Assembly (NCBI GenBank): GCA_004431415.1
Contig: QPMI01000467.1
Span: 1-47,157 of the forward strand
DNA from: Cyanophora paradoxa CCMP329
Lineage: Eukaryota > Plantae > Glaucophyta
Direction: 5' to 3'
DNA length: 47,157 nt
The notes beneath the pieces were generated by a model. It was not told where the DNA came from. It made no database searches and saw only the letters and a list, made by a program, of their open reading frames with translations. Position numbers and translations under genes: made by a program. This document shows, piece after piece, positions 31,071-41,844 of this stretch (position 1 is the first letter of the stretch; the number at the start of each line of letters is the position of its first letter).

Positions 31071-31169
31071 GGACCCTGCTGAAAAAAGCCAGAGAATTAG
31101 AAGGAGTTTGAGCGAAGTGAATCATGCACACCCCTCCTGTAGTGGGAGCGTCCCTCTCTCCCGCTGGAG

Positions 31170-32776
31170 CCGCATCGGGAGCCAGCTGTAGGACGAATGG
31201 ATCGGTCTGCAAACCGGCATGCGGAGGGCGCAATCCCAGAGACCCGGTCTCGACGCCCGCGGCCCCCTGCACCAGGGCGTCGCCCTCAAGACCGCCAGGC
31301 AGACGAGAAGGCGCAGACGCCGACGCGGCAACCTGCGCCGTGATCGGCGTAAGGGCAGGCGCCGCAGAACAGCGCGGCGCCTGCTGCAACATCGAGCACC
31401 AGACTCACCGGGTCGGACCCACTCTCGACGCCCACGGCCGCCTGCCCCACGGCGTCGCCCTCAAAACCGCCAGGCAGCCGAGAAGGCGCAGACGCCGACA
31501 CGGCAACCTGCGCCGTGATCGGCGTAAGGGCAGGCGCCGCGGGACAGCGCGGCGCCTGCTACAACATCGAGCAACAGACTCACCGGGTCGGTGGCGCTGC
31601 CGAGTGTTGGCAGATTTGCCGCAGCAGCGGCACGGTCGTCTGCCGCATCGGGAGCCAGCTGTAGGACGAATGGATCGGTCTGCAAACCGGCATGCGGAGG
31701 GCGCGATCCCAGAGACCCAGTCTCGACGCCCGCGGCCCCCTGCACCAGGGCGTCGCCCTCAAGACCGCCAGGCAGACGAGAAGGCGCAGACGCCGACGCG
31801 GCAACCTGCGCCGTGATCGGCGTAAAAGCAGGCGCCGCAGGACAGCGCGGCGCCTGCTGCAACATCGAGCACCAGACTCACCGGGTCGGACCCACTCTCG
31901 ACGCCCACGGCCGCCTGCCCCAAGGCGTCGCCCTCAAAACCGCCAGGCAGCCGAGAAGGCGCAGACGCCGACACGGCAACCTGCGCCGTGATCGGCGTAA
32001 GGGCAGGCGCCGCGGGACAGCGCGGCGCCTGCTGCAACATCGAGCACCAGACTCACCGGGTCGGTGGCGCTGCCGAGTGTTGGCAGATTCGCCGCAGCAG
32101 CGGCACGGTCGCCTGCCGCATCGGGAACCAGCTGTAGGACGAATGGATCGGTCTGCAAACCGGCATGCGGAGGGCGCGATCCCAGAGACCCGGTCTCGAC
32201 GCCCGCGGCCCCCTGCACCAGGGCATCGCCCTCAAGACCGCCAGGCAGACGAGAAGGCGCAGACGCCGACGCGGCAACCTGCGCCGTGATCGGCGTAAGG
32301 GCAGGCGCCGCAGGACAGCGCGGCGCCTGCTGCAACATCGGGCACCAGACTCACCGGGTCGGACCCACTCTCGACGCCCGCGGCCCCCTGCACCAGGGCG
32401 TCGCCCTCAAGACCGCCAGGCAGACGAGAAGGCGCAGACGCCGACGCGGCAACCTGCGCCGTGATCGGCGTAAGGGCAGGCGCCGCAGGACAGCGCGGCG
32501 CCTGCTGCAACATCGGGCACCAGACTCACCGGGTCGGACCCACTCTCGACGCCCGCGGCCCCCTGCACCAGGGCGTCGCCCTCAAGACCGCCAGGCAGAC
32601 GAGAAGGCGCAGACGCCGACGCGGCAACCTGCGCCGTGATCGGCGTAAGGGCAGGCGCCGCAGGACAGCGCGGCGCCTGCTGCAACATCGAGCACCAGAC
32701 TCACCGGGTCGGTGGCGCTGCCGAGTGTTGGTAGATTTGCCGCATCAGTAGCACGGTCGTCTGCCGCATCGGGAGC
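31170..32776. repeat. GC-rich tandem repeat: 175-bp units within a ~473-bp higher-order repeat
   Basis: GGCAACCTGCGCCGTGATCGGCGTAAGGGCAGGCGCCGC recurs seven times; near-identical ORF translations are offset by 175 and 473 bp. Confidence 0.9.
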
Positions 32777-34479
32777 CTCAACAGATGGATCAGGCTCCGA
32801 AACAGCACGAGGAGAACGCGCTCTCGGAGACCCCTCCTCGTCGCCCGCCTGCCCCAAGGCATCGCTCTCATCAACGATGATGATAATCGGGTCGCTGTCT
32901 CCCGGGAAAGGAGACACACGACGCTCGCCGGCCGGTCGCCCGGCAGGCACAGAGGCCGGAGAGCTGGAAGGAGAGGCGTAGGACCCGGGGGTGGGCACGA
33001 GGGGGCGCGGAAGTTCAGCCGACCCATGATCCTCGCCTCCCTCGTTGACAGGCAGATCCTCGGCCCCCTGGCCGTGCGGGTCTACAGCCGTCGCAGTCGA
33101 AGCATTCCCTCCAGACCCAGTAACTCTCGGTAAAAAAGAGCCTGCATCTGATATAATTGCTGTCAATCGCAATTGCGAAATAAAACGTCAGAAGAGCAAT
33201 CACAGTAATCAGACAAGTCACCATCGAAAACATGATCATCACCATCAGTTGGTTCCAAAGTAAGGCCACCTTCAACAACAAGCTCATCATCATCGAAATC
33301 AGCTGGTTTCAAAGGGCGGTTCCAATATGCCAGATTTCGCCGGAACCGCTCCTTATGAAACGCTGCCGCAGGCCGATAAAACGTTCAGATATATCAGAAT
33401 ATGCGCTAAGAGAATAAGAAAGAAAAACGACAACTTATTAAATAAATGACGCACCATCAGCGACAGGAGTAGAGTCCGCAGCGGTTGCTGGAAGATCCTT
33501 AGAACTGTCTTCCGCGGCGGCAGCGCTCTCATCGGTAGAAGACGAGCTAAGCGACGGAAAGCACTCGTTTGACGAAGGAGCAGTGCCTGCAGCGATGATG
33601 CTCAAGTCAGTTGCAGAAGGCAGGTCGCGCCGAACACGCTAACAATGTAGAGATTTGCGACCACCTTCGCTAGCGGAGCTGACGGCAGCCGCACTCATCA
33701 GAGTCCAATCCGACAGGCGCCGGCGGTGACTAGTACTAGTACTGCGTCCAGGAATCAAGTCGCGTCCCACGGAGTAGCCGCACTCCGTGAGATCAAATAG
33801 TCACCTTATACGCCTCACCGGGAGCCTACCCAAACTGAGGCTCCCGGAGTCTTTGCGACCGCAAGTAACGGAGCCCTTGCGACCGCGAGTAAAACGAGCG
33901 GCCTGGCTTAGCCAAGCGTGCGGCACAATACGATGTGCCTGTGTCCAAGCAACTGCGCTCTCTGCGGTGCCCGAACGACGATGCTGTGGCCAAGCAACTA
34001 AGCAGGCAAGACAAGGGTACAACTATAAGACCGGAGAGCAAACGCTACAGACGGCGGACGGAGGAAAAACCACAGCTGCCGGACGACGGAGGTGTACACC
34101 GTCCACAATACGAGCTCGAGTCGCGTCGTGCTCGACCAAGCGGCGCTCAAAGCAAAGCCGGAAGTGCGCCTCGCGCCCGAGAGATCCTGAGCACGCGCGC
34201 TCAACTGCTCAACAGAAGGAGACCGAGATGCTGGGCCCTCGAACGCGAGGGTGCCGCAGTGCGCTCCACCCGACCCGTCCCGCAGGTGGCACAGAGAATT
34301 CTGTCGCCTTCTCCAGCCCGAGGCCCAGGGAGAATCGCGAACCAGTTTTGCCGCTTCGCGTGTCTCCTCTGACTCGACGGCAGATATTGATCCCCCGATC
34401 TGTGGCTCGGTACTGATCGGCGCGCAATGACGTTTTCTCAGTCATTCAGCACCGGCGAGGTTGCGGGAGCGTCAGCGAC

Positions 34480-36515
34480 ATCCCTCCATGCTGCGCTGAG
34501 AGCCACGCAGAAGGCAAGGCCTCTGCGCGTCGCGTCGAGCGGCAGCTCGACGAGCGGCCTAGCCTCGCAGCCTTGAGCTTCGCCCCGCACAGAGTTCGTG
34601 AGCCGCCCCGTCCCGCCCCGCCCCTCCCCGCCCCGCCGCCATGCTGCGCAAAGAGACGCGCAGGAGACAAGGCATCTAGATCTGCACGCCGCGTCGAGCG
34701 GCAGCTCGGCGAGCGGCCTCGAGCTTCACCCTGCCCGGGTGCGTAAGCCGACCCGCCCCGCCCCGCCCCGCCCAGCCCCGACGCCATGCTGCGATGCGAA
34801 AAGTGCACGAGGCAAGGCCTCTGCACGCCACGTCGAGCGGCAGCTCGACGAGCGGCCTGCTGCGCTGAGGGACAAGCAGGAGGCACTGCGGCAAGGCCTC
34901 CGCACGCCGCGTCGAGCGGCAACTCGGCGAGCGGCCTCGAGCTTCGCCCCGCCCGGCTTAGTGAGCAGCCCCGCCCCGCCCCGCACCGCCCCGCCCCGCC
35001 CCGCCCCGACCCGCCGCCATACTGAGCTGAGAGACGCGCAGGAGGCAAGGCCTCCGCACGCCGCGTCGAGCGGCAACTCGGCGAGCGGCCTCAAGCTTCG
35101 CCCCGCCCGGCTTCGTGAGCCGCCCCGCCCCGCCCCGCACCGCCCCGCCCCGCCCCGCCCCGACCCGCCGCCATACTGAGCTGAGAGACGCGCAGGAGGC
35201 AAGGCCTCCGCACGCCGCGTCGAGCGGCAACTCGGCGAGCGGCCTCGAGCTTCGCCCCGCCCGGCTTCGTGAGCCGCCCCGCCGCGCCCCGCCCCGGGCC
35301 CCGTCCCGCCGCCATGCTGCGCTGAGAGACAAGCAGGAGGCAAGGCCTCCGCACGCCGCTTCAAGCAGCCGCTCGGCGAGCGGCCTCGAGCTTCCCCCCG
35401 ACCGGGCTCGTGAGCCGCCCCGCCCCACTCCGCCCCGCTCCGCCGCCATGCTGCGCTGAGAGACGCGCAGGAAACAAGGACTCTGCACGACGAGCCGAGC
35501 GGCAGCTCGGCGAGCGGCCTCGAGATTCACCCCGCCCGGCTTCGTGAGCCGCCCCGCCCCGCCCCCCCCCGCCCCGCCCCACCCCGCCACCATGCCGCGC
35601 CGAAAGACAAGCAGGAGACAAGACAGCTGCACGCCACGTCGAGCGGCAGCTCGGCGAACGGCATCGAGCCTCGCCCCGCCCGGCTTCGTCACGAGGTCGC
35701 TGATCATGAAGAATCCGGACGCCTACACCCATCTACAGGAGGAGGATCAGGATGCTGCGCTGAGAGACGCGCAGGATGCAAGGCCTCCGCACGCCGCGTC
35801 GAGCGGCAGCTCGGCGACCGGCCTCGAGCTTCCCCCCGCCCGGGATCGTGAGCCGCCCCGCCCAGCCCCACCCCACTCCGCCGCCGCGAAGCGATGAGAG
35901 ACGCGCAGGAGGCAAGGCCTCTGCAGCGGCGGGCCATGTCTCGCTTGCCGGTCTCGGCGACCGGCCTCGAGCTTCCCCCCGCCCGGGATCGTGAGTCGCC
36001 CCGCCCAGCCCCACCCCGCTCCGCCGCCGCGAAGCCCTGAGATACGCGCAGGAGGCAAGGCCTCTGCACGCCGCGTCGAGCGGCAGCTCGGCGAGCAGCC
36101 TCGAGCTGAGCTCCGCCCTGCTTCGTGAGCCGCCCCGCCCCGCCCCACCCCGCCCCGCCGCGCCCCGCCCCGCCCCGTCCCGCCGCCATGCTGCGGTGAG
36201 AGCCGCGCAGGAGGCAAGGCCTCCGCACGCCGCGTCGAGCGGCAGCTCGGCGAGCGGCCTCGAGCATCTCCCCGCCCGGGATCGTGAGCCGCCCCGCCCC
36301 GACCCACCCCCCCCCCCCCCCCGCCCGTCCGCCGCCACCGCGAAGCGCTGAGAGACGCGCAGGAGGCAAGGCCTCTGCACGCCGCGTCAAGCGACAGCTC
36401 GGCGAGCAGCCTCGAGCTTCGCCCCGCCCAGCTTCGTGAGCCGCCCCGCCCCGCCCCACCCCGCCCCGCCCCGCCCCGCCCCGCCCCGCCGCCATGCTGC
36501 GCAGGGAGACGCGCA
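34480..36515. repeat. GC-rich minisatellite (~120-140-bp units) with variable (CCCCG)n tracts
   Basis: Repeated GCTGAGAGACGCGCAGGAGGCAAGGCCTCCGCACGCCGCGTCGAGCGGCAGCTCGGCGAGCGGCCTCGAGC followed by (CCCCG)n. Confidence 0.9.
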
Positions 36516-37781
36516 GTACCCCGACGTCGCCACCCTTCAGCGCCAAGCAATTACGGCCCCCCATCGCCCCGCCCGCTCAAACATGCTCCCCGCAGAGGCA
36601 GTCCAAGGGAGGGCGAGGACGGCGTGCTACACGACGAAGGAGACGTCATCGGCTCGCCAACGCCACCCCTACGGCCCCCCTGCGCCCTTCCACGCATTCC
36701 GGCTCCCCGCCCCGGCAGACCCGCTGTAGCTGCGGTCCCCGGGGACAGAGGACAGCGTCCTCCGCATTGAGAGGCACGTCATCAGCTCGCCCCGGCCGCC
36801 CTCAATGCCCATGCTCGCGGAACCCGCCGGCGCCCCGCCCCACCCGCCTTCCGGCGCCTCGCACATGCTGCCCCAATCACACGGCCACCGTGATTTTCCA
36901 GCTCCCATGTGGGCAATGCAGGGCGCGCGCGGGCATCCACACAGATAAGACATGCCACAAAATAGCAACACTGTGACAGAATACAACATGCACATCACAC
37001 AACATTCGACTCACTTCGACCAACATGAGCAGGCGGCCGTCGGCACACCCTCATGCCACCGCCGCGGGCCCCACGCGGAAGGGCGGAGGCGCGGGGAAGG
37101 GCAGCACAACGCGAGACGCTCGAAGGAGGCGGGGAAGGTGGCGACGCTTGAAGACAGCGGCGATCGCTTGAAGGCGGCAGCAGCGACGGTAGACGCTTAA
37201 AGACAAGACGCTTGAAGGCCACTGGAACCTGCGATCAGGAACATGCGAGGGCAGCAGCCTAAACCTTGGGCGACCGATGTTAGCGGAATCAACACTGCAC
37301 ATGCGCAGAAAACGGGGCGCACGGTGGCACTCATTCTTGAGCCGTGTTCGCCGTAGACTATAACTAGGATGCGACGACCCCGCGTGGTCATCCATCTGTC
37401 GTTGCCCGTGAGGGCGACACCCACGACGGGACGTCGACGCGGTCAACCTGTAATCGCCATGCCATCGTAGTCCGCTCACAATAGCTTCGCGCGGAAGAAG
37501 AAAGCACTCCATGTTAGAAAGACAAGCACAACCCATGGCCATGCGCGGAGGAAGGAACGCACGGTAAACCGCGGTCCAGATGAACAATGAGCTCATCGCT
37601 CATTCTTGTCGCACCGGCATGGATCCCTAGCACCATCCCACCCGACACATTCCTTCGGAAGCTCAGCCATGAGGCTCTCACGATGACATAAAAGCGCGGA
37701 CCGTACCTGTGGCCGAGCAACTGCGCGGCCGCGTCAATATCAACGACCAGCTGACCGGCAGGCCGGGCCCGTCAATATGCA

Positions 37782-40700
37782 GTACCCGTAGATCTAGACC
37801 AGCCGTCCCGGACGGCTGCTCACATCGCATAGACCCTGGTTCGAATCCACAGAGTGAGTCTTATTCGCCATCTTGCTTTCAGTCCACGGTACAAAGTTCG
37901 TTAGCTAGGACATGGACTAGAATATAGTAAGCCGCCCGGGGCGCAGCGGCGGGTCATCTCTCGCTTGGTGCGCGCCTCCCCACCCTTCGCCACCGCGCCT
38001 CGCGCGACGGGGCGGGCACAAGGATCTCGACTCGCGACGCCCGCGCGGCGGAGGCGGCCGGAACGCAGCGGCGACCCATCTCTCGCTTGGTGCGCGCCTC
38101 CCCGCCCTTCAGCGCCGCGCCCCGCACGACAGGTGAGGGCCCGACTCGCAGCGCCTTCGCGCCAGGGCCGGGGCGCCCGGGGTGCAGCGGCGGGCCATGT
38201 CTCGCTTGGTGCGAACCTCCCCGCCCTTCCCCGCCGCGCCCTGCGCGACGGGGCGGGCGCAGGTAGCTCTACTCGCGGCGCCTTAACGGCGGGGCGACCG
38301 GGACGCAGCGGCGGCCCATCTATAGCTTCGTGCGCGCCTCCCCGCCATTCACCGCCGCGCCCCGCGCGACAAGCCGAGCGCAGTCGACCCGCCTCGCAGG
38401 GCGCAGTGCTAGCGGCGGACCATCTCTTACTTGGTGCGGGCCTCCAAGCACTTCGGCGCCGCGCCTCGCGCGACGGGGCGGGTGCAGGGGTCTCGACTCA
38501 CGACGCCCGCGCGGCGGGGCGGCCGGAACGCAGCGGCGGCCCATCTCTTGCTTGGTGCGCGCCTCCCCGACCTTCAGCGCCGCGCCTCGCGACGGGGCGG
38601 GCGCAGGGATCTCGACTCACGACGCCCGCGCGGCGGCGGCGGCCGGAACGCAGCGGCGGCACATCTCTCGCTTGGTGCCCGCCTCCCCGCACTTCGACAC
38701 CGCGCCTCGCGCGACGGGGCGGACGCAGGGGTCTCGACTCACGACGCCCGCGCGGCGGAGGCGGCCGGAACGCAGCGGCGGCCCATCTCTTGCTTGGTGC
38801 GCGCCTCCCCGACCTTCAGCGCCGCGCCCCGCGCGACAAGGTGAACGCAGGCGACCCAACTCGCGGCGCCTTCGCGTCAGGGCCGTGGCGGCCGGGGTGC
38901 AGCGGCGGCCCATGTCTCGCTTGGTGCGTTCCTCCCCGCCCTTCCCCTCCGCGCCCCGTGCGACCGGACGGGCGCAGGTCGCTCGCCTCGCGGCGCCTTC
39001 GCGGCGGGCGCGGCCGGGACGCAGCGGGTGCCTACTGTGCTCTCCGCGTCCGTGCCTCGCGCGACGGGGCGGGCGCAGGGAGGTGAACTCGCAGCGTCCT
39101 CGCGGCGGCGGCGGCCGGGACATAGCGGCGGATCATCTCTCGCTTCGTGCGCACCTACCCGCCCTTCGACGCAGCGCCCCGTGCGACTAGGTGAGCGCAG
39201 GCAACCCAACTCGAGGCGCCTTCGCGACTGGACCGGGACGGCCGGAGGATAGCAATTGAGAACAAAAATCCCAAGCTAGAGTGCGTCGGCGGCGGTCACA
39301 GAGGCCAAGTCCGCAGCTGCAAGCAGAGGCCAAGCCCTGAAGTTCGCAGCTGCAAGCACGGCAGCGGGGCCACAGCCCTGGCGGCGGTCTAGATAGATAC
39401 ATAGATTCCTTGCGGGCGCACACGTTGATTGTTTAGCAGAGGATAAATAACTACCAGTTCATTACCTAGGACATGGACTACGTAGGCCGCCCGAAGAGAA
39501 AATGACCGGCGACAACGGCCAAATGGTTCGGGCGGAAGCTTGGATATTCGGTACCCGAAGATCTAGACCAGCCGTCCGGAACGGCTGCTCACATCGCATA
39601 GACCCTGGTTCGAATCCAGGGAGTGGGTCTTATTCGCCATCTTGCTTTCAGTCCACGGTACGAAGTTCGTTAGCTAGGACATGGACTAGAATATAGTAAG
39701 CCGCCTGGAGCGCAGCGGCGGGTCATCTCTCGCATGGTGCGCGCCTCCCCAACCTTCGCCACCGCGCCCCGCGCGACAAGCAGAGCGCAGGCAACCCCAC
39801 TCGCAGGGCGCAGCGGCAGCCATCTCTTACTTGGTGCGGGCCTCCCCGCACTGCGGCGCCGCGCCTCGCGCGACGGAGCGGGCGCATGGATCTCGACTCA
39901 AGACGCCCGCGCGGCATGGGCGGCCGGAACGCAGCGGCGGACCATCTCTCGCTTGGTGCGCGCCTCCCCGCCCTTAAGCGCCGCGCCCCGCGCGACGAGG
40001 TGAGGGCAGGCGACCCGACCCGCAGCGCCTTCGCGCCAGGGCCGGGGCGCCCGGGGTGCAGCGGCGGGCCATGTCTCGCTTGGTGCGAACCTCCCCGCCC
40101 TTCCCAGCCGCGCCCTGCGCGACGGAGCGGGCGCAGGTAGCTCTACTCGCGGTGCCTTCGCGGCGGGGGCGACCGGGACGCAGCGGCGGCCCATCTATAG
40201 CTTCGTGCGCGCCTCCCCGCCATTCACCGCCGCGCCCCGCGCGACAAGCCGAGCGCAGTCGACCCGCCTCGCAGGGCGCAGTGCTAGCGGCGGACCATCT
40301 CTTACTTGGTGCGGGCCTCCAAGCACTTCGGCGCCGCGCCTCGCGCGACGGAACGGGCGCAGGATCTCGACTCACGACGCCCGCGCGGCGGGGGCGGCCG
40401 GAACGCAGCGGCGGCCCATCTCTTGCTTAGTGCGCGCCTCCCCGACCTTCAGCGCCGCGCCCCGCGCGACGAGGTGAACGCAGGCGACCCAACTCGCGGC
40501 GCCTTCAATTCGCGTCAGGGCCGTGGCGGCCGGGGTGCAGCGGCGGCCCATGTCTCGCTTGGTGCGGCCCTCCCCGCCCTTCCACGCCGCGCCCTGTGCG
40601 ACCGGACGGGCGCAGGTAGCTCGCCTCACCGAGTCGCGGCGCCTTCGCGGCGGGCGCGGCCCGGACGCAGCGGGTGCATACTGTGCTCTCCGCGTCCACG

Positions 40701-40890
40701 CCTCGCGCGACGGGGCGGGCACAGGGAGGTGAACTCGCAGCGTCCTCGCGCCGGCGGCGGCCGGGCATAGCGGCGGCTCATCTCTCGCTTCGTGCGCACC
40801 TCCCCGCCCTTCGACGCCGCGCCCCGCGCGACTAGGTGAGCGCAGGCAACCCAACTCGAGGCGCTTTCGCGGCTGGACCGGGACGGCCGG
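37782..40890. repeat. Two copies (~1.77-kb offset) of a composite repeat: ~150-bp structured head with B-box, then ~90-bp GC-rich tandem units
   Basis: Heads at 37782-37936 and 39551-39705 are nearly identical; each is followed by GCAGCGGCGGCCCATCTCTCGCTTGGTGCGCGCCTCCCC-type units. Confidence 0.85.
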
Positions 40891-41217
40891 GACTATCCGC
40901 ACCGGCCACCCCCACAGGCCCGCCCAGCGGCCGCCCGCCCCACCCAGCGTCCGCCCTGCCCCGTGGCCGCCCTGACCGCCCCGCCCCGCCCCGCCCCGCC
41001 ACGCCCCGCCCCGCGGCCGACAAACTAAATTGTACGAATACAAGTGTAATACTAGCTGGCTTCTCAGAAGTGAGAGCAGCGCCGCGGCGCTGGCAGTCAT
41101 GCAGCCACAGACCTTAAGCTTCCAGAAGTTTAGTCCGACGAAAAAATAGTGGAGGGCATCACACCTGCCGCAATGAAAACATCATCCAAGGGATAACAGG
41201 AAAGTAGACATATACCG

Positions 41218-41844
41218 CTATAGGCAGGACGAACATGCAGAAAAGTCCAACGCAGGAACTTGGTCCGTGGACTTCATAACTTGCTCCTCCATCAGAGCGA
41301 TGGAAGTCTTGCGTTTGCGCGAAATAAAGGTGTGGTTCGATCTTGATATCGTCATGACCTTCGTCATCTCCTCAACGCTGAAGTTCGCAATATCGAGGGC
41401 AATCCAATCGACTGCAGCAGGCCAGACAGGCGAGCTCATGCCAATATCAAGCTCCTCCAAAGTAGCTTCGAAGCAGACACAAACCCAATCGCCGCAATTA
41501 ATCACTCCAGTCTGCAGCTTGAAGCCAGGTGGAACTGCAAGAGTGCAGATATAATCTGGGAAAAGACGATGTAGCTCTACCTCTAGCTCTTCCGGCATGC
41601 CGTCTCCTTTCGAATCGAACCAGCGAATTTGCTTCAACTCCTTCATTACGGACATCAGGCAAAAATGCTCTCCAAATCCGCGGGGATCAACGTTGTCCCC
41701 TGTAGTAACAGGACACGAAAAGCACACAGCACTACCACCATTCAACATAAGGTTCGCCGCTCTATCTGGAGTACTCAGGCTGCGTAGAGACTGCAGGAGC
41801 AGCTGCTCGTGCATCGGGTACGCGAGCATCACGCGCTGAAGCAA
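41218..41844 (-). CDS. Ulp1-like (clan CE, C48-like) cysteine protease domain; host or transposon-borne; second partial copy at ~44163-44720
   Basis: Catalytic order H-D-Q-C: GEHFCLM...IRWFDSKG...LQTGVINCGDWVC. Confidence 0.65.
   Translation of the reverse strand: MLQRVMLAYPMHEQLLLQSLRSLSTPDRAANLMLNGGSAVCFSCPVTTGDNVDPRGFGEHFCLMSVMKELKQIRWFDSKGDGMPEELEVELHRLFPDYICTLAVPPGFKLQTGVINCGDWVCVCFEATLEELDIGMSSPVWPAAVDWIALDIANFSVEEMTKVMTISRSNHTFISRKRKTSIALMEEQVMKSTDQVPALDFSACSSCL

Noticed and set aside
37830-37860. Intact tRNA gene at the GGTTCGAATCC motif (also 39603-39621)
   Set aside because: No convincing acceptor stem, D-arm and anticodon arm in the correct order; kept only as a B-box element.
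31170-40890. CRISPR-like arrays
   Set aside because: Units are long and repeated along their whole length with no unique spacers; no cas genes; eukaryotic context.
31051-41117. Dozens of overlapping R/A/G/P-rich ORFs on both strands
   Set aside because: Expected from very GC-rich tandem repeats that lack stop codons; unit lengths are not multiples of three and no domains were recognised.
41218-41844. Ulp1-like protease as the viral maturation protease
   Set aside because: It lies 14 kb outside the viral boundary and has host-like GC and CpG content.
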